Below are positions 40,306 through 54,023 of a stretch of DNA of 64,000 bases, piece by piece (the first letter of the stretch is position 1; every line of letters begins with the position of its first letter). Below the pieces are notes generated by a model that was given only the letters and a program-made list of their open reading frames with translations, did no database searches and was not told the origin of the DNA. Source of the stretch: Eledone cirrhosa (taxonomy: Eukaryota); the NCBI GenBank assembly GCA_964016885.1, contig OZ024761.1, positions 29,078,001 through 29,142,000 on the forward strand. The letters are read 5' to 3'. The position numbers and the translations under genes are program-made.

Positions 40306-40370
40306 TATTTTATTATACATATTTCAAGGATACCATGTCAAATTATGGTATGCTTTCATCAGACAAAATA
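40306..40370 (-). ncRNA. Type I hammerhead ribozyme motif
   Basis: Minus strand tattttgt-CTGATGA-aagcataccat...atggtatcctt-GAAA-tatgtata-ataaaata. Confidence 0.75.
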
Positions 40371-40541
40371 CAATTTATACCAGTTTTATAAATAAATATT
40401 GACATACCCTTTCAAAATGCGACCGTTACTTTTGGAAGACATCAGGGATAGACTATCCCTGATGTCTTCCAAATAGACTATCCGGTCGCATTTTGAAAGG
40501 GTATGTCAATATTTATTTATTTATAAAACTGGTATATATTG

Positions 40542-40606
40542 TACTTTGTCTGATGAAAGCATACCATAATTTAACATGGTATCCTTGAAATATGTATAAT
40601 AAAATA
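40542..40606 (+). ncRNA. Type I hammerhead ribozyme motif
   Basis: tactttgt-CTGATGA-aagcataccataatttaacatggtatcctt-GAAA-tatgtata-ataaaata. Confidence 0.72.
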
Positions 40607-40733
40607 GATATGGTTTTATAAATATAGTTTCCATTTGTTAATATCGTATATTTACTCCAAATACTTGTTGAGTGCTTTATATCAGTTATAAAAATATTTG
40701 CTTGTTGTATCCCAACAATTTAAATAGAACTTT

Positions 40734-40837
<104 letters not shown>

Positions 40838-40898
40838 TAGATAGATATAGATATATAGATATATATAGATATATAGATATATATACATATATATATAG

Positions 40899-40929
<31 letters not shown>

Positions 40930-40930
40930 G

Positions 40931-40993
<63 letters not shown>

Positions 40994-41244
40994 TATATAT
41001 ACACATATATATATATACTTACAGTAAACATTGATGCAATTGAATCCAATTCAAGCACTCAACATACTTTTTCCACATATATATATATATATATATATAT
41101 GTACATACATACATATACACTCACACACATAAACACACATACGTATACACATATACACACACACTCACCACCCACCCAACCCACACCCACCCAAATTTAT
41201 TAAAATGCATCTCCATTTCTGATTGGAAAATTTGTAAACTGTAG

Positions 41245-41332
41245 AAGAGGTGAAGAGGAGAGATCAGGGGAGAGAGCGAAAGGGGAGAGAGAGAGGGAAG
41301 GGGGAGAGGGAGAAGAGCAAAAGAGCATGGGA

Positions 41333-41373
<41 letters not shown>

Positions 41374-41413
41374 AGAGAGAGAGAGAAAGGAGAGAGAGAG
41401 ATAGAGAGAAGGG

Positions 41414-41444
<31 letters not shown>

Positions 41445-41800
41445 CAAGGGAGAGAAGTGGAGGGAGAGAGAGAGAGAAGAGAAGTTAGAGAAAAGAATAT
41501 AGAGAAGGGGAGAGAGAGAGAGAGAAGAGAGGGAATAAAAAAAAGAAGAGAAGAGAGACAAGAAAATAGAGAAGAGGAGAGAGAAGATAAGATAGAGAAG
41601 GGAAGAGAAAAGGAAAGAGAAGGAAAGCGAGAGAGAGAGAGACAAGGGAAGAGAAAGAAAGAGAGAGAGAGAGATAGAGTTAGAGAGAGAGACAAGGGAA
41701 GAGAAGGAAAGCGAGAGAGAGAGAGCGAGAGAGAGTTAGAGAGAGAGAGAGAAGGGAAGAGAAGGAAAGAGAGAGAGAGAGAGAGAAGGGAAGAGAAAGT
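41245..41800. repeat. (GA)n polypurine tract
   Basis: Direct reading of the sequence. Confidence 0.9.
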
Positions 41801-42282
41801 GAGTGATGTTAAATTGCAAGTAATAAGAAAAGTCTTGGAGAATATCTTCAGCTGCGAACATTAAATACGACAATTTGTAAAAAGAAGTAGATGTCTTTTT
41901 AATCCATTTAATTTAGTGGAAATGTGAAAAGTTACTCAATTTTCTCCTCTTTCTATCCATCTATCTATCTATCTGTCATTCTTCTTTGTAATTTCTTTAT
42001 TTATTTCATACAAACCTCCCCCCCCCATCTCTACCACCCCACTCTCGCCTGCCAATTAACTAATTCTGAAGGTAGAGTATAGTTTGTGGCGTGACATTTC
42101 TCAGGGAGATTTAGTGTAAATTGATAGATGGAAGGATATATATATAAATATATATATGCACACACATATATAAATATATATATATATATGCACACACACA
42201 CACATACACATATATATATATATGTATTTAAATGTATCTATAATATATATGATATATTCACACACATATATATAAATAAGTG

Positions 42283-42330
<48 letters not shown>

Positions 42331-42451
42331 CATGCATATATATATTTGAGCTATGCACTCTATTAAATATTGTTATTCAAAGACCCTTCAGAGGAACCCA
42401 TTTTGACTACATCTTTTCATGACCAAATTCTTTCAGCCATTACTCAAGATT

Positions 42452-43830
42452 CTCACTGGTGGTAGTGTCGATGCCATAATTAAAGCACACAGTCCTCACT
42501 GTAAGGTGGTAGTGTTGGTGCCATGATTAAAAGCACACAGTCCTCACTGTAAGGTGGTAGTGTTGGTGACATGATTAAAAGCACACAGTCCTCACTGTAA
42601 GGTGGTAGTGTTGGTGCCATGATTTAAAGCACACAGTCCTCACTGTAAGGTGGTAGTGTTGGTGACATGATTAAAAGCACACAGTCCTCACTGTAAGGTG
42701 GTAGTGTTGGTGCCATGATTAAAAGCACACAGTCCTCACTGTAAGGTGGTAGTGTTGGTGCCATGATTAAAAGCACACAGTCCTCACTGTAAGGTGGTAG
42801 TGTTGGTGCCATGATTTAAAGCACACAGTCCTCACTGTAAGGTGGTAGTGTTGGTGCCATGATTAAAAGCACACAGTCCTCACTGTAAGGTGGTAGTGTT
42901 GGTGCCATGATTTAAAGCACACAGTCCTCACTGTAAGGTGGTAGTGTTGGTGACATGATTAAAAGCACACAGTCCTCACTGTAAGGTGGTAGTGTTGGTG
43001 CCATGATTAAAAGCACACAGTCCTCACTGTAAGGTAGTAGTGTTGGTGCCATGATTAAAAGCACACAGCCCTCACTGTAAGGTGGTAGTGTTGGTGCCAT
43101 GATTAAAAGCACACAGTCCTCACTGTAAGGTGGTAGTGTTGGTGCCATGATTAAAAGCACACAGTCCTCACTGTAAGGTGGTAGTGTTGGTGCCATGATT
43201 AAAAGCACACAGTCCTCACTGTAAGGTGGTAGTGTTGGTGCCATGATTAAAAGCACACAGCCCTCACTGTAAGGTGGTAGTGTTGGTGCCATGATTAAAA
43301 GCACACAGTCCTCACTGTAAGGTGGTAGTGTTGGTGCCATGATTAAAAGCACACAGTCCTCACTGTAAGGTGGTAGTGTTGGTGCCATGATTAAAAGCAC
43401 ACAGTCCTCACTGTAAGGTGGTAGTGTTGGTGCCATGATTTAAAGCACACAGTCCTCACTGTAAGGTGGTAGTGTTGGTGACATGATTAAAAGCACACAG
43501 TCCTCACTGTAAGGTGGTAGTGTTGGTGCCATGATTAAAAGCACACAGTCCTCACTGTAAGGTGGTAGTGTTGGTGACATGATTAAAAGCACACAGTCCT
43601 CACTGTAAGGTGGTAGTGTCGGTGCCATGATTAAAAGCACACAGTCCTCACTGTAAGGTGGTAGTGTTGGTGCCATGGCAAAAAGTACACCATCCTACCT
43701 GTAAGGAGGTAGTGTTGGTGCCATGATTAAAAGCACACAGTCCTCACTGTAACGTGGTAGTGTTGGTGCCATGATAAAAAAAAAAACCCACCCAGTTCAC
43801 ACTGTAAGGTGGTAGTGTTGGTGTCACAAA
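42452..43830. repeat. 48-bp minisatellite (~28 copies) derived from a SINE/RTE internal module
   Basis: Unit cacacagtcctcactgtaaggtggtagtgttggtgccatgattaaaag; the array is followed by gttaggaagggcatccag at ~43868. Confidence 0.93.
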
Positions 43831-44221
43831 TACAATGGTCCCCGTATATGCTGTTAAAGTGTTTAATGTTAGGAAGGGCATCCAGTCATAAAAGTAAATA
43901 ACAAACTAAATATTCAATGAAATAAAAATTAGCTTCTTTTACAACACATGTAACAAGTAATGTCAATGTTTTGAGAAAAAAATCTAATAAACAAATAAAT
44001 ACTCTTGATGCCAAAAATTCTTAAAATATATAAGACAGTATTATCATGTTTCAGACAATTAATTTCTTCTTTAAAGATGAAATATTTATATATATATATA
44101 TATGTATATATATGTATATATATGTATATATATGTATATATGTATATATATGTGTATATATATATATATATGATATATATATATGTATATATGATATATA
44201 TATGTATATATGATATATATG

Positions 44222-44263
<42 letters not shown>

Positions 44264-44412
44264 GTATATATGATATATATGATATATATATGTATATATG
44301 ATATATATGATATATATATGATATATGTATATATATATATGTATGTATATATATATATAAATATATATATGTGTATATATTATGTATATAGATGTATATA
44401 TGTCTATGTATG

Positions 44413-44452
<40 letters not shown>

Positions 44453-44474
44453 ATATATATGTATATATATATAT

Positions 44475-44542
<68 letters not shown>

Positions 44543-44543
44543 G

Positions 44544-44604
<61 letters not shown>

Positions 44605-44686
44605 ATATATATATGTATATAGATGTATATATATATATATGTATATACAAATATATATATATATGTGTGTGTATATATATATATAT

Positions 44687-44765
<79 letters not shown>

Positions 44766-45048
44766 TGTGTGTGTGTGTGTGTGTATATATATATTACATC
44801 TACACATCTAAGTAAATATTAATATTGTAAAAACAAAAAATACGTTTGTTTGTTTGCTTTGGTTCCATCTCTGTAGACAAGCTTAATAGTCTGAAAAAAT
44901 TATAATCTTTTTAACCATCACAAACACTGTAGACATTTAATAGGATATAAGAATATATTCTGAAGGAGAATATAAGATTATTGGAATAGTTCAGAATGTA
45001 TCAGGGTTTATCTGTCTTTATCAGAATATGAGAATACAAGAGAATGTT

Positions 45049-45428
45049 TCAGCTGTGCCAAAGACAAGACAACCTCCCTAGTGTTGGTGATTTACAAGAT
45101 AATTGCACCCTGTACACTCTGTAAAGTGGTTGGTGAAAGGAAGGTCTTCTAGCTGTAGAAAACCTCCCAGACAAAAAGTTGAGAGGAGTCTTCAACAATG
45201 TCAAAGACAAGACAACCACCCTAGTGTTCAATACATGCACCCTGTACACTCTGTAAAGTGGTTGGGGAAAGGAAGGAGTTCTCTCTGTAGACAACCTCCT
45301 AAACAAAAAGTTGAGAGGAGTCTTCAGCCATATCAAAGACAAGACAACCTCCCTAGTGTTGGTGATTTACACAATACATGCACCCTGTACACTCTGTAAT
45401 GTGGTTGGTGATAGGAAAGGCCATCTCC
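45049..45428. repeat. ~135-bp tandem repeat (about 3 copies) containing the RTE-type ctgtaaagtggttgg...aggaagg module
   Basis: caaagacaagacaacc at ~45059, 45202 and 45334. Confidence 0.8.
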
Positions 45429-45721
45429 AAGCCCCTTTTCAACCCGGCACTTCCTGGGACATATATAGGTGAGATATGGTACAGCTCTCTCCTCCCTGGC
45501 CTGCGTAAAAGGTCAGTAAATCCAATTAAGTACTGGACATGGTCTGTGATGACCAGTCTAACCTATGTCAACATGAACAAAAATCGCACTAAATGGTGAT
45601 GATGATGATATATATATATATATATAAAAATATAAACACACTTTTTTCTTCTCTGTTCTTGCTTTACTTGTTTCCTTAAAGTTTGCCAACATTCCGTTGG
45701 TATACATCTATTACGCAATTT

Positions 45722-45779
45722 ACACCTGAAGATATTATCGGGTTCTTTCGCAGCTTGGCCACAGAAATGTGCATAGTGT
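45722..45779 (+). ncRNA. Degenerate type I hammerhead motif in a short insert between (TA)n tracts
   Basis: acac-CTGAAGA-...-GAAA-tgtgcat-a-gtgt; stem II only partly paired; aataaa follows. Confidence 0.55.
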
Positions 45780-45905
45780 TTGCAGGAATAAATAATTAAG
45801 CAAATTCAACATACTTGGCCTCTTGTCATTTCACTTTATAATATATTATATATATATTCTCAGACCGGGTGATGTGTTGTGTACTTGAGCAAGACACTTT
45901 ATTAT

Positions 45906-46247
45906 GGAGGCATATGGCTTAGTGGTTAGAGCATTGGCCTTGCAATCGAAAAGTTGTGAGTTCAATTCTCAAACCAGGTGATGTGTTGTGTACTTGAGCA
46001 AGACACTTTATTTCACATTGCTCCAGTTTACTCAGCTGTAGAAATGAGATGATAGGGACTGGGGTCCCTATCATTCCACTGTGAAGTGGTCGTGGAGGTG
46101 CCACGGCAAAAAAGAACCTAGCACTCACTGTAAATGAGGTTGGTGTTAGGAAGGGCATCCAGCAGTAGAAATCAAGCCAGAATCAGTTCCCGTCCCACCC
46201 TCGCAAGCAGGGAAAAAGCGGACGTAAAAATGAAATGAAATGAATGA
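45906..46247 (+). mobile_element. SINE family 1, full length, preceded by a duplicated internal piece (45856-45902)
   Basis: Same motifs as the other copies. Confidence 0.92.
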
Positions 46248-46282
46248 ATACACACACATATATATATATATGAATGTATATA

Positions 46283-46313
<31 letters not shown>

Positions 46314-46581
46314 GAATTTATATATGTATATATATGAATCTATCTATATATATATATATATATAAGACATGGCAATACAATGAAGAAACACAGACAACAA
46401 TACACCCCCCACCCCCACCACGCACTGGTACTTACCAATACTACAATACTTATAATGACAGCTGATGATGAGAGGGCATTGTTGTCTGTGAGAGTTTTTT
46501 GTGTTGCTGTATCTTATCTTTTATCATCATCACCACCATCATCCTCACCGTTTAATGTCCATTTTTCCATGCCTAGTATGG

Positions 46582-46612
<31 letters not shown>

Positions 46613-46746
46613 GTGAGTGGGTTGTGTAGATTTTTGTGTAGATTTTGTGTAATGCCTGCAGTGTATGGTTCAGGTCAAGTTACCCTATAAGGAGTTGAGA
46701 GGGTGAAGCTAGACTATACTAGAACTTGAGATACGTGAATGCATTT

Positions 46747-46750
<4 letters not shown>
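46613..46750 (+). repeat. Second copy of the ~137-bp pre-SINE module
   Basis: Matches 31867-32003. Confidence 0.9.
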
Positions 46751-46807
<57 letters not shown>

Positions 46808-47138
46808 GGAGGCACATGGTTTAGTGCTTAGAGCATTGGGCTTGCAATCGAAAGGTTGTGAGTTCAATTCTCAGACCGGGTGATGCGTTGTTTCCTTGAG
46901 CAAGACACTTTATTTCACATTGCTCCAGTTTACTCAGCTGTAGAAATGAGATGATAGGGACTGGGGTCCCTATCATTCCACTGTAAAGTGGTCGTGTAGG
47001 CACCACAGCAAAAAAGCCCCCAGCACTCACTGTAAATGAGGTTGGTGTTAGGAAGGGCATCTAGCTGTAAAAATCAAGCAGAATCAGTTCCCATCCCACG
47101 CTTGCAAGCAGGGAAAAGTGAACGTAAAATGATGATGA
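46808..47138 (+). mobile_element. SINE family 1, full length
   Basis: Same motifs; head shares diagnostic variants with the 32034 copy. Confidence 0.92.
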
Positions 47139-47161
47139 TATATATATATATATATATATAT

Positions 47162-47362
47162 TGTAGGCAACACGGTAAAAACCTCCCAGCCCCACACTGT
47201 AAATGAGGTTGGTGTTAGGAAGGGCATCCAGCTGTAGAAAACCCGCCAGACAGTCCTATGCGAGCAAGACAATCACTCTTGCCTCAAGTGGGAAATACCC
47301 CCGTCCAAACCCATGCAAGCGTGGAACACGGACGTTAAACATTGATGATGATGATGATGATG
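47162..47362 (+). mobile_element. Non-autonomous RTE-dependent element
   Basis: gttaggaagggcatccagctgtagaaaacccgccagacag...ggacgttaaac(gat)n. Confidence 0.82.
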
Positions 47363-47889
47363 ATATATATATATATATTTATATATATATATATATACGG
47401 GTGTGTGTGTGTGTGTGTGTTAAGGGTTAAAACACCTGCTGGAAATATTTATTTGCATATAGTGTGAGTTTAAATCATGAGAATTCATTACCAGGCTATG
47501 CTGAAGACTAAACGACCTCAGACACTCCTTCCTAAAGGTAACAGTAGAGTTTGAGTTGTGGAGAGCAAGCTACAGTGAGGGGCCAGAACAACCCAGGCAC
47601 TCCCTCCTTCATGTAACAGCTACCCTGAGGGACTAAAACAACTCAGACTCTCCCTCCCAGATGGTTGGGAGAGGGTTTGCAGAGGTGTGTAAAGGAGTGG
47701 GAGAGGGTTGGTAGGGGCGTGATAGAGGGGCAGGAGAGGGGTGGTGGTATAAGTGTGTGTTAGTAGCGGGTTGGAAGAAGGGCGGTCGAGGTGGTACAGG
47801 GATAGAAGTGGGGTGGTTGAGGGGAGATAAAGGGAGGCAAAGGGGAGACAGAAGGGGTCAGCAGAAGGGTGTAGTAGCCAATTGGAAGA

Positions 47890-49530
47890 AGGGTGGCCAA
47901 AGGGTGTCAGAGATGCAGACGAGGGGTGGCCAAGGGTTGTCAGAGATGCAGACGAGGGGTGGCCAAAGGGTGTCAGAGATGCAGACGAGGGGTGGCCAAA
48001 GGGTGTCAGAGATACAGACGAGGGGTGGCCAAAGGGTGTCAGAGATGCAGACGAGGGGTGGCCAAGGGTTGTCAGAGATGCAGACGAGGGGTGGCCAACG
48101 GTTGTCAGAGATGCAGACGAGGGGTGGCCAACGGTTGTCAGAGATGCAGACGAGGGGTGGCCAACGGTTGTCAGAGATGCAGACGAGGGGTGGCCAACGG
48201 TTGTCAGAGATGCAGACGAGGGGTGGCCAACGGTTGTCAGAGATGCAGACGAGGGGTGGCCAAGGGTTGTCAGAGATGCAGACGAGGGGTGGCCAAGGGT
48301 TGTCAGAGATGCAGACGAGGGGTGGCCAACGGTTGTCAGAGATGCAGACGAGGGGTGGCCAACGGTTGTCAGAGATGCAGACGAGGGGTGGCCAACGGTT
48401 GTCAGAGATGCAGACGAGGGGTGGCCAACGGTTGTCAGAGATGCAGACGAGGGGTGGCCAACGGTTGTCAGAGATGCAGACGAGGGGTGGCCAACGGTTG
48501 TCAGAGATGCAGACGAGGGGTGGCCAACGGTTGTCAGAGATGCAGACGAGGGGTGGCCAACGGTTGTCAGAGATGCAGACGAGGGGTGGCCAACGGTTGT
48601 CAGAGATGCAGACGAGGGGTGGCCAAGGGTTGTCAGAGATGCAGACGAGGGGTGGCCAAAGGGTGTCAGAGATGCAGACGAGGGGTGGCCAAGGGTTGTC
48701 AGAGATGCAGACGAGGGGTGGCCAAGGGTTGTCAGAGATGCAGACGAGGGGTGGCCAAGGGTTGTCAGAGATGCAGACAAGGGGTGGCCAAAGGGTGTCA
48801 GAGATGCAGACGAGGGGTGGCCAAGGGTTGTCAGAGATGCAGACAAGGGGTGGCCAAAGGGTGTCAGAGATGCAGACGAGGGGTGGCCAAGGGTTGTCAG
48901 AGATGCAGACGAGGGGTGGCCAAAGGGTGTCAGAGATGCAGACGAGGGGTGGCCAAGGGTTGTCAGAGATGCAGACGAGGGGTGGCCAAGGGTTGTCAGA
49001 GATGCAGACGAGGGGTGGCCAAGGGTTGTCAGAGATGCAGACAAGGGGTGGCCAAAGGGTGTCAGAGATGCAGACGAGGGGTGGTCAAGGGTTGTCAGAG
49101 ATGCAGACAAGGGGTGGCCAAAGGGTGTCAGAGATGCAGACGAGGGGTGGCCAAGGGTTGTCAGAGATGCAGACAAGGGGTGGCCAAAGGGTGTCAGAGA
49201 TGCAGACGAGGGGTGGCCAAAGGGTGTCAGAGATGCAGACGAGGGGTGGCCAAGGGTTGTCAGAGATGCAGACGAGGGGTAGCCAACGGTTGTCAGAGAT
49301 GCAGACGAGGGGTGGCCAACGGTTGTCAGAGATGCAGACGAGGGGTGGCCAAGGGTTGTCAGAGATGCAGACGAGGGGTGGCCAAGGGTTGTCAGAGATG
49401 CAGACGAGGGGTAGCCAACGGTTGTCAGAGATGCAGACGAGGGGTGGCCAACGGTTGTCAGAGATGCAGACGAGGGGTGGCCAAGGGTTGTCAGAGATGC
49501 AGACGAGGGGTGGCCAAGGGGTTTCAGAGG
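47890..49530. repeat. 33-bp GC-rich minisatellite (~49 copies, three main variants)
   Basis: gagatgcagacgaggggtggccaa(c/g)ggttgtca and ...ccaaagggtgtca. Confidence 0.97.
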
Positions 49531-51339
49531 GGCTGGTATTGGTAGTGGTGGTGGTGGTGTGGGTAGCAGTGGTTGTAGTGTTGGTAGAAGTGGTGGTGGT
49601 GGTAGTGGAGATGGTGGTGGTGGTTGTGGAGATGGTGGTGGTGGTTGTCGTGGTGATAATGGTGGTGGTTGTGGTGTTGGTAGAAGTGGTGGTGGTTGTT
49701 ATGGTGCTGCTGGTGGTGGTAGTGCTGGTGCTGGTAGGGGTGGGTGGGGGTGGGGTCTTATAGTCTAAATATCAGGCTTCTCTACCTTCCAGCCTCTTAA
49801 CCTTAACCTTTAACTTATTATTTTGGGGCTGCTATAAATGAGATGTTATGTGGTGTTGCCAAATTCACAACCACAACCATGAGTACCATCACCACCACAA
49901 CCACCACCACTACAACCACCACCACCATCACCACATCAACCACCACCAACATCACCACTACAACCAACAACACAACCACCACCACCACCATTACAACTAC
50001 AATCACTATCACGACCACAACCACAACAACAACCACCACTACCACTACAACCACCACCACCACCATCACCATAACAACCACGACCACTTCTACCAACATC
50101 ACAACCACCACCTCCATCTCCACTACCACCACCACCACTTCTACCAACACTACAACCACTGCTACCCACACCACCACCACCACTGCCAATACCAGCCCCA
50201 TCGTTACTACTACCAACACAACCACCACCACCACCATCACCATAACAACCACCACCACTTCTACCAACACCACAACCACCACCATTATCACCACGACAAC
50301 CACCACCACCATCTCCACTACTACCACCACCACTTCTACCAACACTACAACCACAGCTACCCACACCACCACCACCACTACCAATACCAGCCCCCATCGT
50401 TACTACTACCAACACAAACAACACCACACCTACCACCACAACCATTACTACTACCACCAGAATCACCAACACCTCTACTACCACCACCACCACAAGCAAC
50501 ATCACCACAAACAACATCACGACCACCATCAACCACATCACCACCACCATTACTACCAACACCACAAACATCACCCCTACACCATCATCACCATCATCAC
50601 CACCACCAGCACCACCAACACCAACAACAACACCATCACTAGAAGAAGAAGAAGAAGGAGCTGATTGAAAATATACAATGGCAGTTATAATCACACACAA
50701 GGAGCACGGAGCAGTGTGGAGCTGCGTGGTGAACACAAATTTTATGGCCAGCTCTAAATTGTTTCCATTTTAAAGAGGAGAATGAGGAGACTGTACCAGT
50801 CATTGAAATCTAATTGGAAGTTCTTGAAAACCTAACGAAGCTTCTTCCAGTTAAAAGATACCGTAAAATACTACTTGTGATAAAATTACTTTTAGTTACT
50901 TTTGTTGTTGTTGTTGTTATTGTTGTTGTTTTTGTGGTTGTAGTAGTTGTTGTTGTTGTTTTTAATAATACAGGCCTTGCCCGAATCAATATAAGATTAC
51001 ACCTTAGCATATTAAAACGGGATTATGTGTTGAAATACAGCATTAGCCTTCTTTTATTAGGCCATCTACATATAAGCTTTGTGCTTCTGTGGGAGTGTTT
51101 AGCAACCATACACCATTCACAAGTATTTTTCACTCTAAACTTTGCCAAAATTTGCAATTACTTGTCTTGTCTCTTGGTAGAGTCCAATTGCCATATGAGG
51201 TATGAGATATGAGCCAATCAGCATGGCTAGAAGTACCAACCAAATCACCCTCATATCACTCCCTATCGTCTTTAAAAAAAAAAAATAGGATGATGCATTT
51301 TATAGTGTTCTCCTAGATAAACTATCTGAAAAATAAAGG

Positions 51340-52425
51340 AAAAGAAAGGAGCTGATCATCAGACTGGACCGAGGAAACAATGTTTCCGTTGGTCATTCCA
51401 TTGCTGATATTATATATCTGTCACAACTCCTAACATATGAAAGAATTTGATCATCAGATCAAACAAAAGAAACTATGTTTCCATTTGTCTTGTTATTGCT
51501 GATACTGTCTGTCACAACATCTGGCAGAAGAAAGGAGCTGATCATCAGATCAAACCAAGGAAACTATGTTTTTATTTGTCTTCCTGTTGCTAATACTGTC
51601 CATCACAACAACTGGCAGGTGAAAGGAGCTGATCATAAGATCAGATCAAGGAAACAATATTTCAATTTGTCTTTCTATTGTTAATACTGTCTGTCACAAC
51701 TCCTGGCAGAAGAAAGGAACTGATCATCAGATCAGATCAGACCAAGGTAACAATGTTTCCATTGGTCTTTCCATTGCTGGTACTGTCTGCCACAATATCT
51801 GGCAGAAGGAAGGAGCTGAACAACAGATCAAACCAAGGAAACTATGTTTTTATTAGTCTTCCTATTGCTAATATTGTCACAACTCCTGGCAGAAGAAAGG
51901 AACTGATCATCAGATCAAACCAAGGTAACAATGCTTCCATTGGTCTTTCCATTTCTCATACTGTCTGTCAGTCACAACTCCTGACAGAAGTTAGGGACTG
52001 ATCAACAGATCAGATTAAGGAAACTATGTTTTTATTGGTCTTCCTATCACTAATACTGTGTGTCACAACATCTGGCAGAAGAAAAGAGCTGATCATCAGA
52101 TCAGTTCAAGGAAACAATGTTTCTATTGGTCTTTCCATTGCTGATACTGTCTGTCTGCCACAATATCTGGCAGAAGAAAAGAGCTGATCAACAGATCAAA
52201 CCAAGGAAACTATGTTTTTATTAGTCTTCCTATTGCTAATACTGTCACAACTCCTGGCAGAAGATAGGGTCTGATCAACAGATCAGATTAAGGAAACTAT
52301 GTTTTTATTAGTCTTCCTATTGCTAATACTGTCTGTCAGTCACAACATCTGGCAGAAGAAAGGAGCTGACCATCAGATCAAACCACCAAGAAAACAATGT
52401 TTCCATTGGTCTTTTTATTGCTGAT
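51340..52425. repeat. Diverged ~90-bp tandem array (~12 copies), same family as 33910-38062
   Basis: aaggagctgatcatcagatcaaaccaaggaaac(a/t)atgtt...gtcacaactcctggcagaag. Confidence 0.9.
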
Positions 52426-53363
52426 TCCATCTTGGTATTTGTTCTGACTCTTTACACACTGAGTTCAAATCCCGTCAAAGTCAACTTCACCTTGCATCCT
52501 TCTATGATTGATAAGATAAAGTACCAGCAATGTACCAGTGTAGATCTGATTTCAAATTAGTGGTTGTGTGCTTTAATTAGTAACTAATATTTAGATTGTA
52601 ATAGTGAAGGTATTTTAGTCTCGTTATGTTGTATGAGCTGCTGTTTTGGCCTCGGTTCGTTAAACTTAATTTGAGTTTTTAAAAATAGTTTTCAAAAGCC
52701 ATGCAATATGGAATGATAAGGTACTGGAGAGATACAGGGAGAGAGAGGGGTAGTGGGGGGAGATAGGGAAGAGAGAGAGAGACAGCGAGAGAGACTGAAT
52801 AATAATAAATATCAGACACACACGGTTGACTTTGGAATTATAAGGAACTAGAGAGAGAGAGAGTCAAAGATAGAGAGGCAGAGACCAGAGAGTGAGATAG
52901 AGAGTGACAGAGAAAGAGAGAGAGACAGAGAGAGACAATAAATAACAAACTAGCACAATAGACATTTCTATTTTCCAAAAATTGCTGAGGGAGGCAGCAA
53001 ACAAAAATAAACAACAATAAATTAAAATCAAATAAAATAAAATAAAAAAAAAAACGAAAAAATTAATTAACTTAAAAATTGTTTCTAATTGAAAAAAAAA
53101 ATAATTATATAAATATAAACAAAAATAAAATAAATAAACAAATAAGTAAATAATTACATAAATTTAAAAAATTAAATAAAATAAATCGAAAAGAAAATGT
53201 AAAAAAAAAACAAAACTTAAAAGAACATTTATTTGAATCTAATTTTCAAGTGAACAGACTGGAACGTTTTGCTCTGAGAGTTCCCCTTGCTCCGAGGAAG
53301 GGAATTCTAAGACTCGAAATATTAGGACGAAAAACAAAAAAATTTAAGATAGATAATAATAAG

Positions 53364-53732
53364 GGTTTCTGATTTAGGCACAAAGCCAACAATTTCTGTG
53401 GGGAGGGGAAGTCGATTAAATCGACCCCAGTTCATTACTGGTACTTTATTTTATCGACCCCCGTAAGGGTGAAAGGCAAAGTTAACCTCGGCAGCGTTTG
53501 AACTCAGAAGGTAAAGGGCCATGACTCTGTGTTGCAAATGATGGTGTCCAATGCTCGACCGATTCTGCCAATCCACCGCCCTCTAAAGAAAGATAATGAT
53601 AGTAGTTTCTGATTTAGACAGGGGCCAATAATTTTTTGGGGAGGGGAAGTCAATTAAATCGACCCCAGTCCATTACTTGTACTTTATTTTATTGACCCTG
53701 TAAGGATGACAGGCAAAGCTAACCTCAGTAGG
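53364..53732 (-). mobile_element. Two adjacent SINE family 3 copies (53364-53580 full, 53605-53732 truncated)
   Basis: actggtactttattttatcgacccc..gaaaggcaaagttaacctcgg..tttgaactcag..ccaatccaccgcc. Confidence 0.85.
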
Positions 53733-53957
53733 AACAACTATTAGGACCAGTCACTGTCAAAAGTATGTAATCTAATGAAAACTACTATTCCAAAGATTCA
53801 CCACAACTTCTTTCCATAACTTGGTACTGGGAAATTATAACATACATAACCCTATCAGTGAAGCCCTTTAGTAATAGGTCAATTAACAGAAAATTGTATT
53901 CCGGTTACAAAAAAAAATTCTAATAAGCCTACAAGGTAAAAATTAAAATTGGTCATT

Positions 53958-54023
53958 GTGGGCCACTCTGACTGGTCTGGCAGGCCGGATTGTGGCCTGC
54001 GAGCCGCCTATTGCACACCCCTG
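53958..54023. mobile_element. hAT-type MITE terminal fragment
   Basis: gcaggccggattgtggcctgcgagccgcctattgcacacccctg resembles hAT/Charlie ends. Confidence 0.5.

Noticed and set aside
46455-46512. HHR-like acag-CTGATGA...ctgt
   Set aside because: GAAA core absent (gaga) and stems poor
47620-49763. Long ORFs of 466-668 aa
   Set aside because: Produced by a stop-free 33-bp tandem unit open in several frames; no domain or splice evidence
49843-50664. Mucin-like Thr-rich or His-rich ORFs
   Set aside because: (ACC/AAC)n trinucleotide low complexity, open on both strands
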